Below, one piece after another: positions 1 to 12,385 of a stretch of 64,000 nt of DNA. The number at the start of each line of letters is the position of its first letter. Within the stretch, counting starts at the first letter, position 1. Location: assembly GCA_010093605.1 (NCBI GenBank), contig MU004188.1, positions 499,673 to 563,672 of the forward strand, read 5' to 3'. The DNA comes from Lophium mytilinum. Its lineage: Eukaryota. The notes below the pieces were generated by a model. The model saw nothing but the letters and a program-made list of their open reading frames with translations, did no database searches and was not told where the DNA came from. A program made the translations under genes and the position numbers.

Positions 1-1676
1 TTTCCATCTCAGTGACATTAGTCTGAGTTTCTCCTTCATTAGTAGCATGTGCTGCTGCGTCTCGTTGCCATATCGCTCTTCCAGACGGCGATATATCGTG
101 ATCGCCTGATATGCCCAGAACAGTAAGAATGGAGATGCATCGGATATGTTAACAAGCCGGTCGCCGAACCAAACCCCGGATGCCCAGGTCATTTCGTTGA
201 CCACTGGCCCTAGAAAGGCCATTTTCATGTCAAATTGCTCCAGGTCGGTTCGTTTCGCCTCCGGATCGTGTAGAGCAATGAGTGCACTGACATGACCTCA
301 CTTCAGCCCCTATAGCTTGATTCGAATTGAAGCATAGACTTACCTGTAGCAGATACTCGACTGCGCGCAAACAGCAGTCCGCTTAACGGAACCTTCAATG
401 TATACAAGATTCAAGAGGGCTCGCAGCGTCCTATCAAGTTGCAAGCGCTCCGACTCGCGGAAAGCTTGATCCTCAGATTCAGAGCTTCGTGCTTGGAAAC
501 GTAGTACACGACCGAGTATGAAAGTCGCTTGAGACATTCTTGCAAGCATACCCATTTCGATGGATGCTGGGGACGATGCGCGGAACGGTTCCCGAATAAT
601 ATTCTGCAATACTTGTCAGCAATAAAGAATAGAGAGTATCTGTGGGAAGTTCGCACCCCTGATTCGAAAGCCTCATCATCCGCGGGTAGGTAGCTCGAAG
701 ATGCTGGCTCTTCCGTAGAGAGCATTTGGGTGGGATTGCCGAGCTGCATGGTCCTGAAGATGATGAGTGTTTGAGCAAGGAATAGGGTGCAAAGAACGTG
801 AAAGAGACGGACCGGTCTAGCATCAGGAGTGCCCACCATGCCCTCTTTTTCTCCTCGGTCTCCAACGCAGCTTCGAGTGAAATAGATAGATCAGTAGTTT
901 GCAAGCACTGATTTATGCCAATTGCTATACCGAAGCGCGCACATGAGCCGACGGACAAGTATGCTGCGGGATAGATGGCGTGCCCGAGCTCATATATGGT
1001 CAGGAGTATCTTAGCTTGTAGCAACTGAAGCGTTAAAACACCCACGTTTTCGGCCTCAAAGATGGCATTGCGTATGGCCATGTATTCTATTACGGGGCGT
1101 GGTTCCTGAGCTGGGTGCCATAGTAGTAGTCTCATAGCGGAAAGCAACAGAAAGACATCAACGCCTCGCGAAATAAGGGGGTTCAATGAATGTTCATATA
1201 AGCGCTTCTTGGAGATTATGGGCATCCACCAGTGGACTTTCTCCCAATACTGCAAGGCTAGCGAAACGGGATCTCCTACATAGTCGGCGATGATTGGTGG
1301 GACAGTCCAGTTGGGTTTTGGCAGCTGCATGCGGCTCTGTTGGAACACACGATTGTCTAGAAAGTACACAGCTGGGAAAGACTGGTTGCTGTCGGACGCT
1401 GTGAGGAGTGGCTGAGTCGAAGGCCATGCTCTCAAAGTACGGGCCTGCTGTGGACCATCATCATTAGGCGCAAAGATTCTGTATATTTTTGTTAGTTAGG
1501 AGTGAGGTATACTAGACTCAAGTGGCTTACCTAGAGTATTCGCACTCGAGATTCCTAGATGCACAGGCGGAGCATTTGGGTAGACGTTTGTCACAGCTTC
1601 GCTTCCGACGTCGACAGAAGGCACATGCAATTCCCTCTTGAGTCGCGACGGGAGCAGCAGCACCACTTGTCGTCAT
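1..1676 (-). CDS. Zn(II)2Cys6 fungal transcription factor with fungal-specific middle homology region (3' end runs off the window)
   Basis: Exon 1 (ATG 1676) translates to CAFCRRRKRSCDKRLPKCSACASRNLECEY, a six-Cys binuclear cluster, followed by a GTAAGC donor. ORF 479-1435 has Fungal_trans-like motifs (HWWMPIISK, YELGHAIYPAAYLSVGSCAR, EEKKRAWWALLMLDR). Confidence 0.9.
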
Positions 1677-2482
1677 CTCTTTGGTCTTTAAGAGGGTTTG
1701 GTATGTTCAAGAGCATGATATGCACATGAATATGGATGAAGGCTAGCAATACAAAGGGACCAAGCGGCGCTGCATGTGTAGAATGCTAGCGCGTGGCTGA
1801 CAAAGCAAGCAGCACCAATCACTCAGGTCAGCATTCCCTTGCATTTTCCTTCTTCACATCTCGAAGAATGAGTTTGGCATTCACAGTTCGAAGGGCCCGC
1901 CCACGCACCGTTTAGCAGTAGATAATGCTAGAGCGCTTTGCAACCCGTCTCTCAGAACACTACATGAGGCCTATCAGTAGCAAAGCTATGGATAATTCCT
2001 CGTAGGCCTAGACACCAGTCTTATGCAAGGGAGAGCATGTCTAGAACCTCCATACATCCCCCATGACAGAATAGACGAGCTGTTGTAGTGCACTAGCATG
2101 GCAAGATAGCTTGAATCCACAACCACGGTTCGGCTTGACGTAGTGTCGAATAGCATTTGGTAGGCTAAATATCTGGGGTTGCTGGTACACTACATGAGCA
2201 GCGGATGGCCGAGTCAAACCTTGAAAAGCCTTGCGCACTGTATCCACTAGTCCGATGCTGTCTGAGGTGGCCTGGCCAGGTTGCTGGGTAAGAAGTACTC
2301 AGAATTGAGCTTCTACCGACCTGGATTTCAGTAAGAGCTGTCTGACCAATCTCCTGCCGTGGAGAAGTCCAAGCAGACTCGTGGTATTGGTATGCTTCGC
2401 AAGAGCTGGGTTGCTGTCACTCTAGGGTGCTGGTGTACCTAGACGGCAATTCCGGGGGGAGCTGAGTCCTTGGTATGGGCTT

Positions 2483-4298
2483 TCACGACCAGCCGCGACC
2501 ACCGCGTCCACGCCCGCCACCCCTACCGCCACCTCTCCACGGTCCACCTCCTCTATTACCTCCCCTACCGCCTCGGCCTCTTCCGAAGCTCGACCCTCCG
2601 CGACCTCCCCGGAAGCCATCCCTCTGGATATCAGGCCTAGGCCCCTTCAACGCTCGTTGCTGGCTCTCTTCAGGTTCGGCATGGAATGGATTTGGGATCT
2701 GCAACAGATCGCAGAATCCTTGGGTGTGAGCATTGTTGTACTCTAGCGGCTGACCATCAACCTTCTCTCCTACTACGGGATCGTACGGCGTAGCTGTAAT
2801 GTGGAAGTCTTCTGGGATAGTCATCTTCTCCGCGTTGACGATGTTCTCTTCGACCCATGCTTCTTCCTTTTCGATTAGCGGGCGGTAGTGCGCGTCGCCT
2901 TGATCGAAGGGAATACGCGCTTCAAGTTCGCCTAGAGCTAGGTCCGCAGCGAAGACGCGCGTGATGGCGAGCCATTCTTTGTCGTACGAAAGGCGGAGTG
3001 GGCGGATGAAAGGGGCCGATTCTATTGGTTCGACTTCCATGAGTTGAAGAAAGTGACGGTTGGGAAGGCATTTGTCTAATGCCAGGAACCGCGTCGTTTT
3101 GTTCTTGATGTCTGCTGGAGGTGGGAGAGTTTCGGGTTTCGACTGCGCGCCACCATTTGCAGGACGAGAGAAGGCTGCTGGTAGAAGGCTCCTGATATCT
3201 TCGGGCACTTCGGAAGGGGTTGCATCAGCGTGACCATTTGCCTTGTGAGTATCGCCGTTTGAAGCTTGTGTAGTTGGCAGCTGTGCTGGTGTTGCTGAAT
3301 CGTCCTTGTCGTCTAAGTCGAGATCTATCTCGGCATCATTCTTTGGCGTCACCTGTGGAATTGCTGGAGTATCGTCATCCATATCGAGGTCAATCTCCTC
3401 ATTGTTCTTCGGTAGAGCTTCTTTCGTCTGGGGCTCTTTTGCAGCTTCGGGGGGTCCCTCGTGATTCCAGATCGCCGAGTACTTGATATGCATATGTGCA
3501 CTAAACCAATACGCGGGCCTGAGTCGATCTAGGACCAGCTTCGCCGCAACGCTTCCCAAAGTCCCATCTCGAGCCTCCTCTTCAAAATGTGACTTCTTCC
3601 GGAATAACGTCTTCCAATCGCCCTTCCACTCGATCCCTCGTGGCCAGTCATGGCTCAAGCCAATGTCAACCTGGGTCCGTATCTGAAGTAGTTTCCGCGT
3701 GTCCAGCTCTCTGACATGGTATATGCTCTTGATATCATCCTGATTGTACGGCAACCGCTCGTGATGCTGTTTCTTGTAGTTGTACCCCTTCCAAATTCCA
3801 GAGAGCCCAGCTATCCTCAGTGATCCTAGGCGCACCACATTCGCAGCTCCCATGTAATAGATATTCGGCGCCACCCATCCACCATAGTATAGCTCCCACA
3901 GATAGTTGCTTGCTTCATGGTTCCCTCCGATGAATATGGTCAGGTAGGGAGCATCTCGCGCGCCGGAGTAGTACTCGTGGAAGTCGCCGATCTCGCGGTA
4001 TTTCGCTGGCATGGACACCACGTTCAAGTCGTAGGCATTGCGGACTGACTAGCCATGTTAGGCACGACCCTGTGGCCAAGAGGATTCAATGCTTACTTGG
4101 AAGTCCCCTCCTATTATTAGGAGGTCAACTCCGTCCCAGCCTTGTCGTTCGCAAGTGTCTTGGATGGAGGCGTAGATGGAATGCAATGTGCCGTGGCCCT
4201 AGCTGCGTGAGCGGAAGTTTGTTGGAGAGACAGGGTGCACGTACACATCCTTCGACTGCGATGCGCAGCCCTTGTGTCTCGACGACTCGGGTATCCAT
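2483..4298 (-). CDS. DBR1: RNA lariat debranching enzyme (metallophosphoesterase) with RGG-rich tail
   Basis: Spliced start MDTRVVETQGLRIAVEGC-GHG, then IGGDFQ, IFIGGNHEASNYL, LSHDWP, WFSAHMH and TTRFLALDKCLP motifs. Two short 5' introns. Confidence 0.96.
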
Positions 4299-4560
4299 CG
4301 CCGTTGTGCTGTTGGAGCCCGGAGGTGGTTGATTTGGAGGGGCGAGGTTGGTTCCTTAGCGTGGAGTTAAGCTCTGGGTAGCTTTCGTCCCAAAGCCTCT
4401 CGGAGGAGTCAACTACGAAAGTTACGCGTCTGTCTTTCGTGGAAGTCGTGGGGGAGTATGAACGAGGTTGTTGCTAAGAGACGGCATATTTTCACGCAGG
4501 TGCTCTTCACAAGGATACGCGATTTTTCAACCTAGACTTTCTTCCCAGCTCCAAACCAAC

Positions 4561-5193
4561 ATGTCCGCCGCCAACGCGTCGGACAGACAGGCGGTACAGT
4601 CACGACTACGATACTTGAAAGATGCAGCTCACCTCCTGCACGCACAATCGCCAACAGCTGCAGCCGTTCTAGGCGCACAATACGACAAGCTCTTAGTGGA
4701 CAGAAACCTCGACATTGAAGCTTCTCAAAAAGAATGGGATTCGCATCGCCGAGATATCTGCGGCGCATGCGGAAATCTGTTGATCCCGGGACTATCTTGT
4801 CAAGTTACCCAAGAGACCAGTTCACCTAAAGCCTCGACGGGCCCAAAGTCGAAGAGACCAGTTGGTGATGTTGAGAAAGAGATGGTGTACACCTGCGCCA
4901 AATGCGACGCAAAGACGATCCAACCCCTACAACGCCCAGCAAAACTCCTCAGGAGACAGCCCAGGATCTCCAAATCACAAGATCAGACGAATACAAACCC
5001 GAGAGCGACCGCGGTCTCCTCAGATGACACGTCGACAGCTCCAAAGTCGGCCAATGCAAGCAGCAAGAAGAGAGCCAAGGCAAGAAAGCAAGGCGGGTTG
5101 CAAGCTCTGTTGGACAAGTCGAAGAGCGATACGTCTAAGTCGCGCCAAGGAGACTTTGGCTTGGACCTGATGGACTTCATGAAGGGGACCTGA
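4561..5193 (+). CDS. RNase P/MRP Rpr2/Rpp21/Snm1-family zinc-ribbon subunit
   Basis: RLRYLKDAAHLL helix, CGACGNLLIPG and YTCAKCD zinc-ribbon pair, basic tail ending LDLMDFMK. Head-to-head with DBR1. Confidence 0.75.
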   Translation: MSAANASDRQAVQSRLRYLKDAAHLLHAQSPTAAAVLGAQYDKLLVDRNLDIEASQKEWDSHRRDICGACGNLLIPGLSCQVTQETSSPKASTGPKSKRPVGDVEKEMVYTCAKCDAKTIQPLQRPAKLLRRQPRISKSQDQTNTNPRATAVSSDDTSTAPKSANASSKKRAKARKQGGLQALLDKSKSDTSKSRQGDFGLDLMDFMKGT

Positions 5194-5535
5194 AGCTCTT
5201 TTTACATTCACCAAATTCCGCGTTTGGTAGGGCTGAAGATGACAGGGGTACCGCCCGATCCCGAGATTGCCCCACCGAGGGGCAGAAAAGTTTCGAGGCC
5301 TTCGTCATCCCGCAAAAGGAACCTTCGTGAACAGGCCACCAATAATACTAGCCTTCTATGAAGGATTTGGCTACTCACCTATAACATCCAAGGACCTCAC
5401 ACCTTTGCCATCTTATCTACACCTCGCACATAACTGCACTGCACAGCGCGAAGTCTCTCAAAGAGTCATACACATCATCGCCAAACAATTGCGCCCAGTC
5501 GCCCAATATCAAATCCTCCTACAAATCAGCACAAA

Positions 5536-7188
5536 ATGGCAGCTCCCCCGCCAAGTATAGCGAAGGACCTCTTCGAGGACATGGGACGCAAAGTAGCGGA
5601 CGCGCAAGGCGAAGGAATTGACGACGGCGAGTCGAAAGTTGTCGACGAGATCGAGACGCTCTGCATGAACTGCCATGAAAATGTACGTAAATCGCAGTAC
5701 TTCTCTATACTTTGACAATACTGATTATGCACCAGGGCACCACACGACTCCTCCTCACCAAGATCCCCTTCTTCCGCGAAGTCATCATAATGTCATTCGA
5801 CTGCCCCCACTGCAACTTCAAGAACTCCGAGGTCACGCCCGCCGGGGAGATACAACAACGCGGGTGCAAATACTCGTTCAAAGTAGACCGGGCTGCGGAC
5901 CTCAACCGACAGATCGTAAAGAGCGATACTTGCATATTCAGGATAGAGGACATTGACTTGGAAATACCACCAGGCCGGGGACAGCTGTCGAATGTGGAGG
6001 GCATCTTGAGCATGGTCGCCGAGGATCTTGCGCAGAAGCAGGCTGAGCGGAAAGAGCTTATACCAGAGGTCTATGAGCAGATCCAGGGCATCATCAGGAC
6101 ACTAGAAGCCATGAAGACTGGTCTTCAATTCCCATTCGCCATCACCGTGAATGATCCTGCAGGGAACTCGTGGATAGAGCCATCGCCAGACGACAAAGGC
6201 GGGAAGTACTCGCGACACGAGTACGCAAGGACCCCAGAGCAGAATGAAGCTATCGGACTCGGTGGCGGAGAAGAGGAGGCGGCGGCAGACGGAGACGCAC
6301 CACCTACAGAATTGCGACCCGAATACCAAGCTTCGCAAATGTACCCCCACATGGCAGCGGCGGGCACCAACAACGTCGACGACGACGAGATCGAGGAAAA
6401 CCAGGTCTACTCATTCCCGGCAACTTGTCCAGGCTGCACCAAGCCTTGCGCGACCAACATGAAGATGGTTAATATCCCCCACTTCAAGCAAGTCGTGCTG
6501 ATGAGCACGGTATGCGAGTACTGCGGGTGTAAGTTCCCTATCAATCCGCCAAACTCAAACATATACTAATCTTGTTACAGATAGAAGCAACGAGGTCAAA
6601 ACCGGCGGCGCCGTCCCCGAAAAAGGCCGCCGCATCACCATCTCCGTCGAAAACAAAGCCGACCTCTCCCGCGACATCCTCAAATCCGGCTCCTGCGCCG
6701 TGCGCTGCCCAGAACTAAACCTCGAAATGGAACCCGGCACGCTCGAAGGCCGCTTCACCACCATCGAGGGCATCCTCACGCAGGTCCGCGACGACCTGCG
6801 CAACTCTACCTTCGACGAGGAGAGTGGCGGCAGTGGCAGCGACTCGGTGCAGAAGGAGTCGAAGGCGAAGTGGGACGCATTTTTCGATAAGATCTCGGCG
6901 GGGATTCGCGGGGATGTGAAGTTTACGCTGATTTTGGAGGATCCGTTGGCCGAGAGCTATGTGCAGAGCTTTACGGCGCCCGAGCCGGATCCGCAGATGA
7001 CGGTGGAGGATTATGTGAGGACGCATCAGGAGGAGGAGGATTTGGGACTGAATGATATTAAGACCGAGGGGTATGAGGAGGGGCAGGCGCAGGAGGAGAA
7101 GGCGAAGGTGGAGGAGGCGAAGATAGAGGAGGCGAAGGCGAAGGCGGAGGAGGCGGCGAGTAATGGGATGGTGGCGGAGGGGGGTTGA
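5536..7188 (+). CDS. ZPR1: Zinc finger protein ZPR1
   Basis: Two ZPR1 modules: [36 protein letters not shown] and CPGC...IPHFKQVVLMSTVCEYCG, with NDPAGNSWIE and LEDPLAESYVQ. Two introns near 5683 and 6528. Confidence 0.96.
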
Positions 7189-8066
7189 TTGGGGGGTTGA
7201 AGGTAGGGCGTGTATAGATACCAAGGCTTACTCTCACGAGCGATAGAGGTAGGCGATAGAGTGCATTGCGGTACTGATATTTTGGGATTGCGAAGAATAT
7301 GATATTATCAATGTTAACCCCACCATCGTGGTTGACATCGTCTGAGGTCAGTCACCCGATATCATTTCGAAAAGTTCTATGAAATGGACTCCAAACTGCT
7401 TCGCATATCTGAAAGTGTATCAAGTCCCCCAATCGTGCCAAAGAGGTGTATACAATCCCTCACGATTTCAGCAATATCACCGCACCGCTTATCACTTATG
7501 ATCTACAATTCCTTCACAGGCCCTGCCTAGGTACGTATCCGCCCTGTCCCTGGTCACCCCGACGTACATTAATATCTCCTACGCGTCCCAGCACTACCAT
7601 GAATTATGAGCCATCAAACACAGCCCCTAAGATATGGTGTTTGGAGGGGTATCAATAGGTGTCTAGAATTCTGTTAGATCGATGATGATTTCCACCCGTT
7701 TTTGCGTAGGAGTGCAGGTGGTACTAACCTGGAGATCGGGAGATGGGGAGGGCGTATTGTGAGGCGGTAGTAGGTGAGAGGGTGCTTGTCGAGGTGGTGA
7801 TGGCTCGCATGCAGCCGCGCGGGGTTGAGATAGAGCCGATACTGGTCGGTATGGTGATAGCTTGGGCTCGTTGTGTGGCCACGCTGTCTGGGTATCGTGT
7901 GGGTGTGGAGATTCGAGAAGTTGAAGTCTTGAGAGCAGCGGTACAGTGGTAGGATGGAAGAGCGTCGAGGAATCGGTTGTGAAGCGTTTTGATAGAGGGA
8001 AGTACCGAGAGTGTGATGTGAATGACCTCTTACATCTACGGGTACATTGCTCTTGCTTCCTGGAGC

Positions 8067-11000
8067 CTATGGCTTCCATACCTGTTGGAGCGCAGAGTAA
8101 TTCTCCATATATAGTTGAGTTCTTGGATGATCTGGTCCGAGTTTTTCTTGGAAGCCTGCGCATGCTCTCTGGTAGAGTTGTGAAGCTTCTTCATACTGCT
8201 GCCGTTGGTGTAGTACGTATGCAAGATTATGTACGCTCTGTAGCGTGTGTGGGTGCTCTTTCCCTAGCACCTTCTCCCTCCATTCCAACACTTGTCGGTG
8301 TAAGGCCTCAGCGTCGGCGTACTTCCCCTGTTTGCTTAATGTTATCGCTATGTTATTTACGCTCGTTAGCGTGTTGGGATGCTCTTTCCCTAGCGTCTTT
8401 TCCCTCCTTTTAAGTACTTGTCGGTTTAAGGCCTCTACCTGCTTGTGCTTTCCCTGATTGCTTAGCACCACCGCTAGGTTGTTCATGCTTACTAGCGTGT
8501 GTGGATGCTTTTTCCCTAATATGTTCTCCATCCCTTTTAAAGCTTGTCGACTTAAGGCCTCTGCCTGCTCGTACTTCCCCTGTTCTTTAAGCACTACCGC
8601 TAGGTCGTTTATGCTCGCCAGTGTGTCAGGATCTTCCGCTCCAAAAGCAGCCTCCTTTGCCTTTAATGCACCTCGGTTCATTTCCTCTGCCTCCTTATAT
8701 TTTCCCATCTCACTTGCATACCACGCCGCTTTGTGGAGAACGGACGTCCATGGCTTGACGGCCTGCCCACCAGCAGGCTGACACGCGACCGCTGCCCGCG
8801 CGTGGGGATACAGCGCTTGGCACACCGCCCAGTTCTTGTGCTCCCCCAACGGGAAATTATCGTACATGAGCTTTACAAAAGTCTCTTTCCAGCTTTCTAG
8901 CTCGTCAAATAGCTCTAGCCATTTCTTCATTGAGAACTGCACTAGCCGGTGCATCTCAAACTCGCGTCCGTCTACATTCATCCCAATCAAGGAATAGTTC
9001 GTCAACGTAAGAAGATCCTCTTCAAAGTCAGCTTCTTCAACCACGTCTAGCTGGTATCGGCCCTGGAGAAGCGACTCCGGAATCCCTTGTCTGTCGAAAA
9101 AACTCATCAGCGACAGTAGTCGAGCCGCCGTAGGCATCTCCTTGCGGATATGTGTAAACGAGATCTGCCAGGTGGCGATGATGGAGTTATAGGCTCTTCC
9201 ATCCCTGCGACCGTCTCCTACGTCCTTTGTAAGTAGACGAGCTCGGTCCTGGTCGTTTTGGCGGAATTCGTCTATATATCGCGAGACAGTCGTACGGGGC
9301 GCTCTCTGTTCGATATAAGCCGCCGCCTGCGTGATCGCAAGGGGCATGTAGTCGAGAGCTTCAACTAGTTCAAATGCGTCGGGCTCGTTCACATTGCTGA
9401 GCTTTTTCTGGAGGAGAGCTAGTGCTTCACCCTCGTCCATCGGCTTGACTTCCACCAGGCAATCTCCACGTCCTGCCAGTCTGCGCGCCACCTCTCGGTC
9501 CCTGGAAGTAATGAGGATCGATCCGTTCGGCGATTGTGGTAGAAATTCAGACAGTAGTTGTGCTGCTTCATCTAGATTACTAAGTCCAGCAACTTGCGTT
9601 TTGGGAGTTGTAGGGAAGAAGACAGCTGAATCATCGGCGTTGTCGATAACCATCACCCACCGCCCGTTCGACTCATCGCAGAGCCATTTACGAACGAGCC
9701 GTAGGATATCAGCTTTTGGGTCGTCCCAGCCGTCTATCTCCGTCTTCTCCGCAATCCTCCGGTAGCTTTCCTCGAATCTTGCTCGTGTGCTTGCATGCAC
9801 CCAGAACACCCACGTTGTCGGCGACTCGTCCTGGATTTGGTAGGTGTGTTCGATTGCGATCTGGGACTTCCTGCGCAGGCTGTTAGTATCAGTGTCGTGC
9901 GTTTATGGGGTACGGCACTCACCCAACGCCTCCAAGGCCGAAGAGCGCCGCGCGACCTGCTGGCCTGGCACATATCTGGCGTATCTTATCAAGGCTATCG
10001 CGGCTGATGAAGTGGTCGTCCCGCCGGAATGGGACTGTCGAGGATGGGGAAGGCTTTGGTTTGCGGTCGTGCAGGATGGTAACAGGGCCTAGACGGCTTA
10101 GTAAAAGCACCAAGTATGGATGTGAACATGGTGAGGAAGTATGTTCAGGACCGCGATGGGCAACTAGATTACACACGTTTGATTCCTTCCCAATCCTCCC
10201 AGTTTTGAGCAACTTTCTCTTGCGCGCTCTCACACATGATGCTTATATGGCCCGCAACGGTTTGAAAGTCATCGTCCGCGCGATTTCCGAACTTCACCAA
10301 GGTAATGTGATTTTTCCTGATCTCGACAGACTCCGCATCTCGCATTCCGGGGACCACGGCTGATACTTTGGGGACCATCTGTACGCATGTTAGAGACGTG
10401 CCACCCATCCTTCCCGGCAAAAGATTTACCATCATCGAACGTCCCGCTGGAAGGGGGGTTGGATATGACTCGAAGCAAAATATTGTAAAGACTTCCGAGC
10501 TTATAGTCTTGTATTGCTCCAGCTGTATTTCTAGCCACTCAGAGTCCCTCTCCAAGTGCTCAAGGATCGCTGTGTTAGTGTGTCGGAAGACTGAGGTGAC
10601 GTTGGCCAACACTTTTCCCCATGATGCGCTCTCTGTACCTTGATGAGGTGTTCCAAAGAACATAACTCCATAGGTAGAGAGCTTAATAGCTTTGATGTGT
10701 TCTCTATCGGAAACACTCGCCATGTTTGAGTGAATCAAGGCCTTTTGTCCTGTCAGCGCCGCACTCTACGTTCACACAAGGTCCTAGTGTCACTGACGCT
10801 TTTTACGACGATACCGCCCAGGCTATGGGCAAGGAAAATGATCGGGCGCCGCTCGGTCTTGTGGATGCCTCGTCAGTAGAACTCGCACGCTTCTGACCAT
10901 TACGGCACTTACCTTTGTTCTTCGCCGATACAGACTCAGTCCGGATATAAGACTCATGGAATGGCCGTATAGTGTCTGGTGCGAGAGATGCTCCGAGCTC

Positions 11001-11480
11001 CGCGTTCTCGAGTCGTACCCGTATGTGAGCACTCGAGCGTTCGGTACGTCTTTCGGCAGCAATGTCTGCAGCCACAGGACTCCATTGTCTGCCGTCCATG
11101 ACTTCTCCCTATGCCCGTCAAGGCCGTGAACCGCGACGATGCTGATTGTAGATGATGTGATCAGCCAGAGAGAACTGGAAGTGCTATGGCTATCCTCACT
11201 CGATGGATGGGGCCTCGCCCTCTACCAGGCATTTGATACCATATGCGCTTTCTTCGGGAGACGCTGATGCTGGAACGTTTGCGACGTGATTTATAGGTTG
11301 TGAACTTGGCTGGGCCTGTGGAACCTCTTCGAGAGGCGCTGAACGCGGGGTATCGTTTGGGACGCGGTTGACAGGTTCTGAAGGCTGTACCTGGGAAGCG
11401 TCTTCGGCCGCCGTACGCGCTGTGTGCTGTTTCTTCTTCCGAAATGGCAACTTCATTTTCTGTTGTAGACCCAAAGGCAT
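8067..11480 (-). CDS. NLR-like protein: SesB/DUF676-like alpha/beta-hydrolase + NB-ARC + TPR repeats
   Basis: Six GT-AG introns splice in frame. Motifs: DIVAVHGLDGH, ARVLTYGYDS, RPIIFLAHSLGGIVVK, FFGTPHQG (hydrolase); VPFRRDDHFISR, GLGGVGKSQIA (Walker A), WVMVIDNADD (Walker B), GSILITSRD, MPLAITQAAAYI, MHRLVQ; then about five 42-aa HPxTLxSxNNLA TPR units. Start is 11480 or 11456. Confidence 0.92.
8100..8730 (-). repeat. Coding tandem repeat, about five 126-bp TPR units
   Basis: Recurrent QGKYxxAEALxRQxL...LGKEHPxTLxSxNNLA with 42-aa period. Confidence 0.85.
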
Positions 11481-11748
11481 AACGCTAGTTGATGAGGTAC
11501 TCTACGAGTGAGTGTTGAGTATTACAACAGGCTGAAGATTTGTGAGGCTCCAGAGCCACAAGGCTGAAGTAGGCTAACTAGGGCTGAATCCGGAAGAGCT
11601 GAAGTCAGCCTCACGGTGCGCTGTACAAGCCCACATAGACACTTTAGCTGCATCTCAAATCCGAGCACAGCCCGAAAGCTATGTGCGCGGCTGCCGCCTG
11701 CTAAATGAGATTTCCGAAGCCTCTTTTCTCGCATTTACGCCCTCATTG

Positions 11749-12385
11749 ATGGGTGCTCACGACGGAATGAGTGCGACGTCAAGCCCAGCAAGCTCCTCGG
11801 TACCACGAACGATGAACATGAATAACGCAAGCACCACAGAAGCAGTCGTCAAATCTTTCGAAGGATTCCTCTCCTTCGTCATTGGCCTCTCCATCTTCGG
11901 CGCCTCAACCTTTGCAGTCATCGTGTCCGACATCGCGAACCCCAGCACTATCTCCGAGAACCCGCAATTTACGCGCAAGACAGTCCGCACCTTCCTAGGG
12001 ATTGCTTGGTTGTTCTTTATCCTTGCACTGGGGATCGTCGCCCTGGCCATGAGCCTGCTGGCGGTCCAGCGGGAGCACACCAAGGCTGGGTTTGACGGCC
12101 CTTGGAGACGCACGTGGGAGCGTCTGGGACTCCTGGCTTCTTCTTTCATCCAGCTGCTCGTCACTGTGGCGTTTCTGTTTCTTTCGCTGGTCCTGGTGGC
12201 ATATGCTGAAGCAGTTGGATGGGTTGCTGTAGCATTCACCTCTGCAACAGCCGTGTTTACTGTTCTATCGCTCGCGGTTCAATGGTCGTAAGTGTACCAG
12301 ACTTTCTCAGCTAGTCGGCTGTGCTGATAATAGACTTGAAGTAAACTTTTTGGGCGCAGAGAAGCGTGATCCCAGACAGATCTGA
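11749..12385 (+). CDS. Small uncharacterised integral membrane protein, about 4 TM helices
   Basis: Four hydrophobic stretches: FLSFVIGLSIFGASTFAVIV; FLGIAWLFFILALGIVALAMSLLAV; LGLLASSFIQLLVTVAFLFLSLVLVAY; VGWVAVAFTSATAVFTVLSLAV. Probable intron 12288-12333 (GTAAGT...CTGATAATAG); the unspliced form stops at 12291. Confidence 0.8.

Noticed and set aside
7663..8163. 166-aa minus ORF overlapping the NLR stop and ending IIDLTEF
   Set aside because: Overlaps the 3' end of the NLR in another frame and is low-complexity. The SIM-like ending alone is insufficient.
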